From: Octopus sinensis
Lineage: Eukaryota
Assembly (NCBI RefSeq): GCF_006345805.1
Contig: NC_042998.1
Location: forward strand, 107,322,001 to 107,386,000
Length of the DNA: 64,000 nt
Direction of reading: 5' to 3'
The notes beneath the pieces are model-generated. The model made no database searches, was not told the DNA's origin, and worked only from the letters and a program-made list of their open reading frames with translations. The position numbers were made by a program, and so were the translations under genes. Of the stretch, positions 39,891-54,592 are shown one piece after another; within the stretch, counting starts at the first letter, position 1, and each line of letters opens with the position of its first letter.

Positions 39891-40030
39891 CATACATATA
39901 TAATATATATATATACATATACATACATATATACATATATAATATACATATACATACATATATACATATATATATATATTATATATATATATATATATAT
40001 ACATACATATATGCATACTTACATATATAT
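37880..40030. repeat. ~2.1-kb (TA)n/(TACA)n microsatellite array
   Basis: Recurring (TA)n-CATATACATACA unit; source of the spurious Y/I/M/C-rich ORFs. Confidence 0.95.
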
Positions 40031-40622
40031 ACACGCACCTTCGCACACAACATGCATGCTCTCACATGCCAATACTGAAATACATACAGTCACCCCACAC
40101 ATACACACACACATACTACACATACTCACACACTCATAGATATGTATGCATAATATATGAACATGCACAGTTTTATATGAGTATGTATCTATGTATGTGT
40201 GTATGTACAGGTGTGAATAAAATGCATAAAGACGCACAGTTTTATATGCAATATCTGCATATATATATAAATGCATATATAAGAACATATTGTTCATATT
40301 CATCAGCCTTTAAACTCAGAGAAATAAGCATAATTTATGTATTTATAGATTTGCATAAGTATTCCCAAGACAAGTATAAATATATATATATATGCGTATA
40401 CGTGCATTCATATTAATATATGTACGTACATATATGAAATATCTATATGAATATATTACATATGTTTATGCATGTGTATGTGATAATATATAGAGATGTT
40501 CTACATGCTTATGTGTGCGTATGTGTGTGAAAGAGAGTGTGTGTGTTTTTATATGAGTGTGTGTGCGTCTCTACATAGCAAATGAATGTATCAGAGAAAG
40601 TGATAATAATTCCAATGAAACC

Positions 40623-40685
<63 letters not shown>

Positions 40686-41519
40686 CTGTAACTAAGATAC
40701 TGAAATGTTACCTTTCAAATGTTAAACCAGTCCCAATATTTCAGGTTAATAACTCCTTTACAGAGCCTTAAAGAAGAGAGGGAATGATGTAATTTGCATG
40801 CACATTCCATTAGTGAATCCTGCCAACGGAATAGGCATATAATTTATATCTTTATCCCTTTTCTTCTTTAAAGCCATTTCAAAGAATTTATTCGACCCAA
40901 CATATCAGTACTTATTAAATATTTCAAAGGTAACATTCCAATATTGCTTTTTATGTCATACTGATTTTTTTTTATATATTCAGTAATGCTTCAAATATCA
41001 GCGCACATGCATGAATTGTTTGTGTGTTTGTGTGTCTGTGTGTGTGTGCACGCATGTTTAAATGCACTTATAAGGACGTATGGGTTGGTAAGATTCTGCG
41101 TCTTAAAGTGAAATGACCGACTGGATAGTGATGGTTGCCTGTCTCAGCTCAAGTGTTCATATCTGTTGCTGGCATATCTTTTCACTATTGGACAGGACAG
41201 ATACTTAGTTCTACAAAGACCACGTGATTTAAATGTAGAAGAATCTAAAAAGTATGAGATATCCTGGGTAAGAGTGGCTACAAAGGGTAGCATACTACCC
41301 AGAGGAAATTTTTGACATCAACAGAAACGCTACCGATATTGAAGATACACAGCAGCATTATAACTTTCTATGGTTCATACAAACAATTATCATATAAATT
41401 AGCAAATTTATATCAAGAATGTTGACTGATACACATACATTTCTGTCTACAATATTTTGTAAGTATTGTTTCCAAACGTACATAAATATACACAAATCAT
41501 CATATTTGAATATGTGTCT

Positions 41520-41926
41520 ACAGAGATGTATATATATAGAGATATATACACATGTGTGTGTATATACATACATATATACATGTGTGTCTTTATATACATG
41601 CATACATATACATGTGTGTATATACATATATATATGCACACGCACATTTTTACATATGTATTATATATGCATATTTATACATATATGAAAGTATGTATGA
41701 GCACATAAGTATATATGCATAGATGATGTTTTCACGTACATGTACACACCCACATATATATGTGTGCATGAGTGTGATTATTGATATGTATACATACATA
41801 CATATACATATAGACATAAATATATATATATATATGTACATACATATATATACATATCCATATAAATATATATATATACACACATTTACGTATATATATG
41901 TACATATACGTATATATATGTTTATA

Positions 41927-41999
<73 letters not shown>

Positions 42000-42547
42000 G
42001 TACATATAAACATATATATACGTATATATATGTATATATATATATACACATCTATATATACATTATAAATATACACACACATATATATATATATATACAG
42101 CCATATATATATAGATATATACATATATATATGTATACACACATACACATATATACATATATGCATATATATATATATATATATATACATACATAAGGAC
42201 AAAGATACATATAAACATATATAAATATATATACATGTATATACATATATATATATATATATATACACACACTTATATATACACAGACATATATATACAT
42301 ATATATATATACACATATACATGCATATATACATATATACTTATATATATATTTTTACATATATGTAGACATATAAACATATATATATGCATACATATAT
42401 ATATATACACATATATATGTGTACATGTACTTACATATATAGATATATATATATACATGTATATATGTACAGATATATATATATATATATATATATACAT
42501 TATATTTATATATACATACATATATATACATGCATACATATACATAC

Positions 42548-42578
<31 letters not shown>

Positions 42579-42633
42579 TATATATATACACACACACACA
42601 TATATGTACACATATATATACACACACACACAC

Positions 42634-42674
<41 letters not shown>

Positions 42675-42830
42675 TATATATACACACATATATATATACA
42701 CATATACATATATACACACATATATATATACACATATACATATATACACATATATATACACACATATATATATATATATATATATACACATACATATATA
42801 TATACATGAATATATATATATTTCTATAAT
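41520..42830. repeat. (TA)n/(CA)n low-complexity array
   Basis: Read directly. Confidence 0.9.
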
Positions 42831-44294
42831 ATTTATGTTTTTGAGGCTTGCGTAAGTATACTTATTTATTTGATAATAATTGGAGGAAATGTTTATGCAT
42901 AGACTTCTATTTATATAAAATATTTCATTGTGGCTTTATTAAATATACACATCAGAAAAGAATAATAAATATATGTATTTAAAGAAAAAATTGTTTTTGT
43001 TTATATTAGTTCCTGGGAATTTTCCATAATCACTTTGATTTTGTTAAAATTTAATTTTTCAACAAGTATACGGCCTGATTCTTATGTATGCAGATAGATA
43101 GGATAGAGGGAGAGAGAGAGACAAAGAGAGTGATAGAGAGACCTAATGACACCCTACAGTTGTACTAAAGCAATTCTTTGAATCCCATCATCCATCTTTG
43201 AAGTTTTGTCCTTAGCCTCGAAAATGTTATTGTTTACATCTTACGAATCTAGAAGCATTTCTCATGATTCAGAAATTGTGGCCTCAACTCCCACTGAGTC
43301 TTCATCTTTTTCTACCCAATAGGTTTTTTAACCCAATGTTTACATGCTATTATTTATAGAACTATGAACATAATTTGTACAACTGCTGTTTTTTGAACAA
43401 GGTATAACAAAATACGTCCATATAATATGTCTAAATAAGTACAAGGCTTTAAATGCTGATGGGTGGGGGTAACTGCAAAAATCAACTTTCATTTCATAAC
43501 TGGTACTTATCAATTGAGAAGGACGGAAGACAAAGTTGACCATGGAGATTTGGATTCAGAATGCCAAAGGGCATAATTAAATACCACAAATCAATGTCTG
43601 ATGTTCTACCAATTTTGTCGTCCAGCATTCACAACGATGAATGATGTCCTTTGTGCTCTGATTTCAATCCTAGCAGTTTATTTTTGCTTTCATCCTTCAA
43701 ATGGTTCATAACATAATGTAACAGTTAAGTATTGCAACCAATTCAACTGACTCCCACAGAATGTTTTCCTATGTGCATAAGTCAGAAATAATCATTATAA
43801 TCATAAAATCTTGATACTGATTGTGTCAACAGATTCAGATCTTAAAATTCAGCAACAAGAAGTTTCTGCTCTCAAGAACTTTGTAAAGGATTCAAAAAAT
43901 AGATAATGACAATTTTCTTTGACTCCAGTACTGATTCATGTAATACTAATGCCTTGTGATCATTAGAATATCTATTTTGGTGCTTTGCAGATATTTCTAG
44001 CACAATAAATAGCTTATACTCACTTGTCACAAAATTTGCTCGGGCACTTTTTTTTTCCGTTTCTCACTTTTTTTACTCAAAACTATGTGATTTTACATAC
44101 CTTGCTCTCTGTCTTTCTTTGTGAATGGATAAACAGCCATGTAGTAAAGAAGACGCAGTGACTGTTGCTATATAATACTTTTTACAGGTAAATATTTACA
44201 TTGTTTTTTCAATCTTCAGTTTAGGGTTAAACAGAATGGATGGAATGATATAAAGATTACAGAAACCACAACTTCCTTATTCTATCAGGTACCT

Positions 44295-45175
44295 TGAGAG
44301 AAAAGTTGGACCTAAGAAGCATCAGATGTAGTATGCAAGAGAGACGACTGTGCTAGTATGGCCATGTGGCGAGAATGGATGAGGATAGCTGAGTGAAACA
44401 GTGCCACACCCTAGCGGTTGGTAGACCCAGGAAGACCTGGGATGAAGTAGTGAAGCACGACCTTCAAACATTAAGCCTCACCGAGGCAATGACTAATGAC
44501 CGAAACTTTTGAAAATATGCTGTGCTTGAGAAGGCCCGGCAAGCCAAATAACCTCGTGGCTTATGCCAAGAGTGTAACCAGCCCACTTATGCATACCTTT
44601 CCTTCATTGGACACTAAACTCTACTTGCGAAGACCTGTTGAGGCAAGTGAAATCGAAATCAAATTCGATGACTGGCACCCGTGCTAGTGGAGCGCTAAGA
44701 TCGTTGCTAGAGCGGCTAACTGGCTTCCATGCCAGTGGCACATAAAAAGCACCATTTGAGCATGATCGTTATCAGCGTTGCCTTACTGGCACTTGTGCTG
44801 GTGGCACGTGAAAAAAACATTCAAGTGAGGTCATTGCCAGTGCCATTGGACAGTACTTCTTGATACACCAAACATTTATACAACCAATAACATTTATATT
44901 ACTAGAGCTGCTCCTGTACTGGCGACACGTAAAAAAATACTATTTGATCTTGGCTATTGCCAGTACTGCCTGACTGGCCCTCATGCTGGTGGCACATAAA
45001 AGCACCCACTACACTCTCGGAGTGGTTGGCATTAGGAAGGGCATCCAGCTGTAGAAACTCTGCCAGATCAAGATTGGAGCCTGGTGCAGCCATCCAGTTC
45101 ACCAGTCCTCAGTCAAATCATCCAACCCATGCTAGCATGGAAAGCGGATGTTAAACAATGATAATGATGATGATG
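44295..45175 (+). mobile_element. RTE-clade LINE 3' end, second copy
   Basis: Colinear with 29023-29870 in the opposite orientation: agacctgggatgaagtagtgaagcacgacc, repeated ggcac.taaaaagcacc, aggaagggcatccagctgtagaaac, GAT tail. Confidence 0.85.
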
Positions 45176-46694
45176 TTTGTTTGATTCCATTTGATTAGCA
45201 TATTGCACAAGCAGATAAGACATTGGAAAACTAAGGCCAGAAGTTAAACCACAGTTCCCATAACATACTGTTGATTCAGAATCCAACTAATGGCACAAAC
45301 AGCAACAGCAGATGGGTATCCAGGGTAGCCTAGTCCAGTTAGAGTGTAAGAAGTTAAAAACCGAAGCATGGAGACGGAGTTCTCTGAAGAACTTCTGTTG
45401 CCCATCTTACCTTAAAAATTCTCACTACTAGAAAAATATTCTGCTCACCATAATACTGTTACATAAAAATGTATTTATCAAGCTAATATTTTACACAGTG
45501 ATTTATTGACAGTAGTTGATTTGACACAGTTATCTTTACATCAGGTGAACAGATAACTAATGAGTCACAATGATCTGTTCCTCAGACTAATGGGGTTTAA
45601 TCATCTAATCATTAGACCAGAACCTATGAGAGGCAAGTTCAACTCGTACATTGGTCTGGGGCCTAGAAGCCCCATGACAATCTGAGAGCTACCTGTGGCT
45701 CTGTTTGGCTCTCTCTAAAACAAAGCTTACCTCCAAGTCCATCATGTATGTGTATGAGAGAGAGAGAGAGAGAAATAAAGAAGGTGTGTGTGTGCATGCA
45801 TGCATTGTCTCTAACTGCTTGACGACCTGTGTAGGTTTGCAGTTCAATGAATGAAACAGGCAACAATAATTAAAAAGTAAAAAACCAAATGTAAACTAAA
45901 TTCACTTCTTTGAACCTATTTAAACAATGATCTGTAAGTAATTACATGCATTGTGCAGCAGTGAAACACCATTACATTTAATTCAGAAACATAAAATAAT
46001 ACACTGTGAACAATGTTTGAGTGAATAGCTTGCAAATCTTGAAAAACTTGATCAAAGTTGGAAGGCAGTGACTATGACCTTTTAAGGACGATTCCATGAT
46101 GTGTGAGAAGAGAGGAAGTTATGTTCAGATCAAAGTGGATCAGTTAAAAGCACCAAAGTGCCATGTCATGGTGGTTTTAAGCTGATCAACGGATAATGTC
46201 TAACACCCACAATATTCTCCTTGCTTCCATGTCTACAATAGCAAATTTGACAATTATAGATAATGTTCCAGTTGGCTAATGGAAAAGAAATAAAAGGAGT
46301 GACGGAAAGGAAATTAAAACAGGAAATTCAAAGAAAAATCAATTTTAGATGGATTAATGGACACACCACCTTGAGACATTTAAATTTTCAATTTTAAAAT
46401 GGTTTCTTCATATTCCGTTATTAAAAAGAAAAACAACAGCTCTAGTTTCATTCTACAGCTACAGAAAACTCCACAGATGTAAATATTACAAACGTTAATG
46501 CCAGAAATATAACAGAATCTAATTCTAAGGACCAGTATTTCAGTGATACCTTTGTCTTTATAACAGAACATTGCATCTAATTGCTCATGATTACTACTTC
46601 TTTACTATCCTTATTTTAATTCTCATATCAAAAGTTACAATTATATTGTATTTTACTAAACTACAACAGTGACAATATATTTTTGGATAGTAAA

Positions 46695-46900
46695 CTGACA
46701 GAAACGTTAGCATGCCAGGCGAAATGCTTAGTGTTATTTCGTCTGTCTTTACGTTCTGAGTTCAAATTCTGTCGAGATCGATTTTACCTTTCATCCTTTC
46801 GAGGTTGATAAATTAAGTACCAATTGCGTACTGTGGTTGATCTAATCGACTGGCCCCCTCCCCCAAAATGTTGGGTCTTGTGCCTTGAGTAGAAAAGGAT
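46695..46900 (+). mobile_element. Short Meta-like SINE
   Basis: gacagaaacgttagc...gttctgagttcaaattc...ttcatcctttcgaggttgataaattaagtacc. Confidence 0.8.
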
Positions 46901-48042
46901 AGTTGGGTTTCGATATTAGACACAACCAGCACCATTGATTCTGGAATAATTTTATCTCAGAAAACCGAGGAAATTTTAGCATTTAAATTGGTCTATTTCG
47001 GTTTTAATGAGTTACGTTTAATCAATGATAATATAAATACAATGTTACATAGAGGAATGTAATTTAGAATTGAATATTATTTTCTTATCCAGTGTAATTT
47101 CGTATACCGTCTATGTTTTTTTTTTAAGCTATAGTTTACAGAAAACTGGACTTTCACTTCTAGTAGACTGAGTGATTATGTCCTCGTTCACGAGTGTCAA
47201 GGTGTAAGACATAAAACGTGCGTACTGATTCATAATCTTCACACCAATTAATAGTGAATAATATAGCAGTAAACAACTTTGAAATCTTGAAATTTGTCCT
47301 ATATCAATTTCCAACGAAAATCACACAAAATAACTATGAATTATAAAGAAAAATGTGATGCATGGCATTGCCGCGCATAGAGCTAAACGTTTAAATGAAA
47401 ACAACATATGGGAAATAACTCTAGTAAATCTAGTAAACAAGGGAAATAACTCTTAGTGTTGTTTTCTGGACAAAAAATATTTTTGTTTTACTTCCGTAAT
47501 TTGTCAGCCAAAACCAGACGGCAAATGAAGAGGATATCTAGGAGAATGTCCAAGCCATGCTTTTTCCCACCTTCCATTTCTTCAATCAGACATGAAAATT
47601 TTACTTCATAACAAGAGAATTCTGATTCATTTATGTCATATCGCTTAAAGATCTTATTCTGTTTATTCTAACATTTTTTAATTTTTCCCTAGTTAATTCA
47701 AATTATTTCTGAATTTTTTGTCTTAATTTGAATTTAAACATACATACTTGTAAGCCGTTTTAGTTTTAGCTACACTGTTATAAATTTCGAGTTCTATGAA
47801 CAAATTAGTCACAGTAAATAGCAGAGGTGCTTCATGTGGCTAGACTATGAAATTCAAGAGGGAATGTAGCCTGCTGCCCATTTTAGATTGAGAATATTGA
47901 ACTGGAGGAACAAACCAATACATTTATAAGTGCAACTCGTGGCCATATATTGTTTGTAAAACTGAGTTCAGTTGTCACTAGTGTCACAATGTTTTGGTTT
48001 TACAACACTACTAACGGTTTTATATCTTTCCAAATGAACATG

Positions 48043-49090
48043 CAAGGGTAGCCTGAAAAGTTCATTGGCTATGAAGGAGTGATGCTGCAAAAACTTGCAT
48101 GTATTCATTTCAAATCTTCAAATTAGTTTTCTTTTTTGTTTTATTTTGTTTATTTTGCATTGTTTCTTTGTAAGTAAATTGGTATATGACTGTTCAAAGA
48201 CTTCAAAAGTAACTAGAGGCAACTCCTCTTGAAAATGGACAGAATATAGAATCGTGGTGTTATCAAGTACATGCAGGGAAAAGGTTTTGCTCCCGACGAC
48301 ATTCACTGACATGGTTGCTACATTCTGGGATGACACTCCAGTTTTATTATTAACAGTGCAAAAGAGGGCAGCTGAATTTAAGACAGAAAGGTAGTCTTGA
48401 AGATGACCCAAGGTCCTGACGTCCTGCAATTGCCACCGCCAAGAAAAACATTGACCATGTTCAGTGATGGATGAAAGACGACTGATTATAAATCAAATTG
48501 CAAATGATATTAGCATATCCCATTAGATACTTGTGTATATTCTGTGCAATGGACTTAACATAATGATTTCTGCTCAGTGTGCACCACATCATCTGACACC
48601 TGATCAAAAGTACACCAGACTGATCACATCATGAGGAAAATGTGACACTGCTTGAAGCAGAACCAGCAGGTTTCCTTGAATGTTTCTTAACACAAAATGT
48701 GTGTTACATTCATCGCTTTGAGCCAAAGACAGAGACATGGAGCAGAAACACCTTTCCTCACCTGCTCCAAAAAAGGCCAACGTCACTTCATCTGTAGGCA
48801 AGATGACAGCCTGCTTTTGTGGGTACAAAAGGCATTGTGCTTATTGACCATCTTCAAAAGGGAGCAATGGAGAGTAATATGCCAACCTTCTGAGGCAGTT
48901 ATGAAGAGCCATCAAGACCAAACGCTCAAGAAAACTGACAAAATAGGTCGTGTTTCAGTAAAACAATACTCTAACATCCAAGTGCTTGGTTTCAGTGGCT
49001 GCTATGCTTAAATATGGCTTTGAACTAGTTAATCACCCTCCTTATTCTCCTGGTTTGGCCAGATGTGCCTATCATCTATTCCCCCATGAT
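48043..49090 (+). pseudogene. Decayed mariner transposase
   Basis: Frameshifted RGVIKYMQGKG and LEDDPR, fragments of the WVP region, HPPYSPGLA near 49030; TIR-like aagggtagcctgaaaagttc at the left end. Confidence 0.7.
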
Positions 49091-49699
49091 TTTCAGCTTA
49101 TGCATTAGGCATTGCAATGATGTTTTCGGTATGGATAGTTCTAGAGAAGTACGTTGTGTAGGCTTCTTTGGACTATTCACAAATGTCATAGCCACTAACA
49201 TCTCATTTTTTTTTTCAGTCAAAGTTTTAGGGTGTGCAGATTTTGATGTGTGAAAGGCTTCTGGCCATGTTGTGTACACCTGCTCAGCATTTTGAGACTT
49301 CCAATATTGCTTTAATATCCACTTTCTTTGCTCTTGATTTAAATTGTTTGCTATGGCTTACACTTTATAATACCTTTATAATACAATTACAAGCTAAAAA
49401 GGGAGCTTGAAAAAATTAACTAAATTAGCATAGAATAATGAATGATCTCATACTGTTTTATAATTATGATCTTAATATATGAATGCGAAAGAGATAGTTG
49501 AATAACTGTAAACCTACTTTAGGGCCACCCTATAGGTAGCAGCCACTGACAACCTTCCAGAGGAAGAGGAAACGAAATTATGAAATTAAAATATAGAAAA
49601 GATTATTTTCATGAACGCTAACTTCATTCATCATTCTCTATTAAAAAAAAGATAACATGAATCCAGTCTGTGAACAGAGAAGTATTTCACCTTGTCCTA

Positions 49700-50010
49700 T
49701 GTACAAACTCCCTCGTACCTTTAACGAACGTTTAAACAAAAATTACAGAAGGGGGACAACTTTTCATACGTCATACTTTGGCGCGGAAATTGTTTTGGCT
49801 CGACTCGAAGTATTACCAGTGACAAATTAAAAGCATCTAGTTATCTTGCGTCCATTTGCCTGGTGCATTAAATATTAAAGCTTAATAATAATCTCCCAGC
49901 GTTCATTATAGTAATGCAAGCATTACTTAGCGACTTTCAAGGGACACCAGATAAGCCACCTATACTAGGATGTATCTCAGTCAACCATAGCTCCCTACTT
50001 GAATAGGCCG
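49700..50010 (+). mobile_element. CR1/L2-like LINE 3' fragment
   Basis: GTPDKPPILGCISVNHSSLLE* resembles the PDxP...NSLLxW C-terminus of this LINE group. Confidence 0.55.
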
Positions 50011-50119
50011 ATACCACAAAACAATGCTATTAAGTTACCTGGGCCAATCTGGTTGAAACATACTTAAGCTACATACAGGAAATAAAATTAAACTACGAAT
50101 TAAAAGCAGCTCTAGTAGT

Positions 50120-51257
50120 ATAAATGTTTGGTGTATCAAGAAGTACTGTCTCAAAAGAAATGACAGCTTTGAGAAAGAGGGAAAAACCTCCTCATCGAAA
50201 CAAAACTCTGGAAGAAAACCAAAACTTTCAGATAGGGACCAACGGACTCTTGCACAAATTGTTAGAAAGGACTCAGCTATAGTTGACTGAGATACATCCT
50301 AGTATAGGTGGCTTATCTGGTGTCCCTTGAAAGTTGCTAGGTTTGTTTTGAAGGTGATGGAGTCTTTTTCTTCATTTTGACAATGTTAAATAGCACGGCC
50401 TGCTGAAAAGAATTTTTGTTGAGGCTGAATTTTGTAGGTGACGTGTGGTATGTGACCCTAGTCTTTGATGAATTTTAAATCTGATGCTAAGGCCGTCCGC
50501 ACAATGCTGGTGATACAAAAAGTACAGCTCCCAAAATTACTGCAGAGCTTAATGACCATCTCAAGAACCCAACTTCCACAAAAACTGTTCACTGGGTGCT
50601 GCACAAAGCCAGTTTTCATGGGAGGGCTGCAATCAGAGAAAACCACTACTTTCAAAAACAAATGTTGCAACATGTTTACAGTGGAGTAAAAACCTGTAGA
50701 ATTGGTCCCAAGAGCAGTGGAAGAATGTTATTTTCTCTGACAAGTCATCCTTTACTGTATTTCCATCCACTGGCCAAGTATACATGTGGAGACAGCCAAA
50801 AGAAGCATTTGACTTTGTGCTACATCATGGAAATCCGCTAGCCCAATGGTTTCCCTTCATGGCAGAATTAATAGTCAAGACTATTTAAGCATTTTATCTG
50901 ACCAAATTCATCCTATGGTTGTGGGACTGTTTCTGGAGGGAAATGCAATTTTTCAGGATAATAATGCACCAATTCACACAGCTATAGTTGTTACTGAATG
51001 GTACAAGGAACATCCTAGTTATGTTGAACATCTTATCTAGTCGCCACAGTCCCCAGATCTCAATATTACTACAAGAAATGGAGACTGTTTTAGCTGAAGA
51101 ATGGATAAAAATTCTTTTGGAAACAATTCAAACTTTGTACAAGTCCAAACCTCATAGAATTCAAGCTGTAATTACTGCCAAAGGTGGTCCTACCCAGATT
51201 AAAATAAATTAGCTTGAAATTTTAAGGTGTTTCCATTATTTTGTTTAACCCCTGTAT
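50120..51257 (+). pseudogene. Decayed Tc1-family transposon interrupted by an antisense LINE fragment (50272-50465)
   Basis: FGVSRSTVSK, SGRKPKLSDRDQR, KITAELNDHL, FSDKSS, FQDNNAPIHTA, SPQSPDLNI; right TIR ending ...aacccctg-TA. Confidence 0.8.
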
Positions 51258-51499
51258 ATAATGAATATAATAAAAGTTAACTTTGTATTTGTTTATAAAA
51301 TAAATGCAAAATAAAAATATTGTTTCTTTCTTTTCCGGAAACTCACCGCACACTGGCAGCTAATAGCTCATAGACTGGCACTGGTCCACAGACCACTATT
51401 TTGAGTGGCACTGCCTTACACAACAAAGTCTCAGATCAGGTGATATATTTGGATTCAAGGCAATCCAACTAAATAGTACTGAGGATCCACAATCATCAT

Positions 51500-52075
51500 T
51501 TAACATCCCTTGTCCATGCTGGAATAGGTTGGAGTTTGACAATAGTTGGTAAGCTGCACCAGATGGATGCCCTTCCAAACACCAACCACTCCAAAATGTA
51601 ATGGGTCTTTTTACGTACCAGCAGCACAGATGCCATTTGCATGACATCAGTATCTGCCATGACTGCAATTTCGCCTGGCTAGATAGTCATCTTCTTGATC
51701 ACAATATAATGCCAAAGGTCTCAGTCATTGCCTCTTGCAAGACCCAACGCTGGAAAGGAACTCGGCCACTTTGCCTCTGTGAGGCCAAACACTCAAAAAG
51801 TCTTCAGCCACTTCGCTTCTAGGAGGCCCAATGCTCCAACAGTGCTTTTTACATGCCACCAGCATGGGTGCCAGTTACACAACTCCAACATCAGCCATAA
51901 CAATTCGAATTGGTTTGCATATTGCCAATAGTCTGTCACTAGTCATTGCTTCTGTGAGGCATACTTCACCACTTTGTCCCATGTCTTGTGGGTCTACCAC
52001 TACCACATGTTTCCTCCATAGCTGTCCACATCCATATGCATCGAATGACCATACCAGCACACTCATCTGATGTCT
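51500..52075 (-). mobile_element. RTE-clade LINE 3' end, degraded third copy
   Basis: ggatgcccttccaaacaccaaccactcc, repeated tttttac(g/a)tgccacc, atgaccataccagc (reverse of RWYGH). Confidence 0.7.
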
Positions 52076-52449
52076 CTTATCTCTGAAGATCTACAACCAT
52101 GGAGCCCAGTCATCCTTTATGGCACCAAAACATTAAGAACCCTGCCCCACAACAAAATGAGTACTTACAAGTTATTACAAATAAATTAACTTACAGGGGT
52201 TGGACAAAATAATTTTTTCCTTAAAATCCAATTCAACACGCATCTTTTTCAGTTTGCTTCTAAGTCCTCCACTTTATCACAACCATCAATCTACTACTGT
52301 TTCTATGCCTACAATTACTCTCACCCCAACATGAATAGTAAACAGGGTCAATGAATAAAGAGCAGGGGTCAGAGTGTGATACAATAACACAAATTAGTTT
52401 TCCACATTTATATTAGATGAGTCATGAATTTTCCTGAAACAGGCTACCT

Positions 52450-53750
52450 TCATGACCACTACAATAGTACTTCTTTTTTTTCATTATCAGAATTCTTGCA
52501 TAGCAAAGTTTGCACAGAAGAACTTTGAGGATTTACTTGGCCCAGCCTATGCATTTTTGTATATTTTTATCAGGGATCTATCTATACATTTTCTTAATTT
52601 TCTTGTAATATTTCTACCAGTTGGTTTTGTAAACAATATATGAATTGATAATCCAAACAACTCTCTTCCAAGCTTTCAGCATCATTAGGTAACTTCAACT
52701 AGAGTTGTAACAGAGCTAACTATTCCTACTTTGATTTCTTATTGTAAAATACTATCCCTGACTTCATGACACTTCCTGATATATATTTTTCTTTGAGGTT
52801 AAGGACCAAGCACACCTATGTCTCATGTATTTTTGTATTTCCAGTAGTTTTATTCTATGCTTAGTTGATAGCATTCTTACATCTCTTTATCTTTCTATTT
52901 CAAGACGGCTATTCCATTGTCATCTTCAAATGCAATCATCTCTCCCTTCTGCAATGTACTTTACAAAGGTGTTTGCAAATTTTATTTCTGACTAACAGCA
53001 TTTTTTTTTTCTAACTCGTAAACATTATGTGCAGTGTTCTTCCTTCATTTGAATGCTTTGCTAAGTTCACGTTGTACACTAATCTTTCTCATTTTTCGCT
53101 GGACTTTTTCTGGCCACTCATCACATGAAAGTATATCCACTTAGAACACAAAACACGAGTAGCTATATTCCATATTAATGGCTTTAATTAGTGATATATT
53201 GTCTAATTAAGCAACCCCTCCAATGATACCAAAGACTTGCCAATTATTTCTTCTGGAAAGATCTCCCTGTAATTCTTCAAAGCATCAATCAATGGATGAA
53301 TCTTAGCTGGTGTCATCTTTGCCTGTTCAGCATCTTAACTAAAACAGTTTACAAGTTGAAACCTGTTTCTAGAGTGTCTTCCCTTTTGTGGATGTCTGTC
53401 ATAGCCCCACTTTTAGACAATCCCATTCGTAACAGTAAACACAGTAAATACAACTTCTCAAGCAGTTGTATTTAATTTGTTTATTCTGCGTTTTGGTTTT
53501 ATCATTTTAGCTTTTTGTTGAGCAGTAAATAGGTTGCAGAGGTATTTGAATGCTCTCATCCTATAAATGGAAATATTTTGTCCATTGAGTAATTTGGCAT
53601 TGTTTCTGAAGCACTTACGTCTAGATCGTTATCATCCAACTCTTTGACCTTCAAAAATGCAATTAACTCTCCATTCAAATCTTGACATCATCCATCAACT
53701 TTAGATCTTACCATCACTGTCATATTACTTAAGCATTAATTTAATCAAAT
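52450..53750 (-). pseudogene. piggyBac transposase relic
   Basis: KIHPLIDAL; WRGCLIRQYITN*SH*YGI (cf. WRGRLxFRQYIPNKxHKYGIK); GEMIAFEDDNGIAVLK*KDK/RDVRMLSTKH with a frameshift. Confidence 0.75.
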
Positions 53751-54438
53751 GGAATTGTAAGCCACTAGTTCATAAATGCTGGTATATAGGATTTTAAAAA
53801 TGACTGAGCACCAAATATATTACCTAACTGACACATAGGTCAACGTATCTAAGATTTGAAAATCACATCTTGGAGATGGACACCACCACCAGAGAACATC
53901 CATGAGCTTTTCTGTCGCTTTTTAAAGTGCTGTCGGAATTTTCTCAGGGCTGCAATAGATCCTTGGCTAGTAATGTATGCTTTGATAATATAAGCATACG
54001 ACAATACCAACTTCCTATAAAAAAAAAAATTGCAAAATCTTCGATGTGTTGAACTGTGTCCCCAACATCATGGCCCACTCTGAATATACAAAAACAGGCT
54101 TGTCAGTCTTCCAAATCTACTCAAGGCCTTTGTCAGCAGAAAGATGCAGAAGATAATTATCCAAGGTTCCATGTAGTGAGGCAAAACCCAATTGCTTGGG
54201 AAGCAAACACCAGCATTGATAGCAAATTTTGTGATGTATAAAGAATCAAAGTAGGACTCGAAAGAATTATAGATCTTTCAGCACAGTTGAACTGGTTTAC
54301 ACACGAATATTTGAAGTGCAGCTGTCACACTGGAGTTCACAACCAGATGCAACCACTATGTACAAGCTGTGATACGACTATAGTAATAAAAAATTTTACA
54401 TATTCATGGATGAGTATGTGTGTGTGTGTGTGTGTGTG

Positions 54439-54479
<41 letters not shown>

Positions 54480-54537
54480 CACACATACATACATAGGTGT
54501 CATATACAGGCAGTCTGTACTATTTAAAGTTAAATTA

Positions 54538-54592
54538 ACCTTCATAGTGTATCTCTGGTGGAAACCGAACAATTAAGTTCAATACATCATCC
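54538..54592 (-). pseudogene. Truncated U14 snoRNA relic
   Basis: Keeps ...gttcggtttccaccagagat...tatgaaggt but has a damaged C box (GGATGA), a 2-nt deletion in domain A, and no domain B or D box. Confidence 0.75.

Noticed and set aside
37841-42855. Dozens of long ORFs rich in Y/I/M/C/V/H/T (up to 411 aa)
   Set aside because: Translations of (TA)n/(CA)n/(TACA)n microsatellites; the same applies to similar ORFs at 2.1-2.7, 4.1-4.9, 8.3-8.6, 17.4-17.9 and 26.7-27.1 kb
45560-45720. Two hairpins resembling an H/ACA RNA
   Set aside because: No ANANNA hinge or terminal ACA at the required positions
46090-46190. C/D-like pair ATGATGT...CTGA on the plus strand
   Set aside because: Imperfect C box, no terminal stem, no guide complementarity
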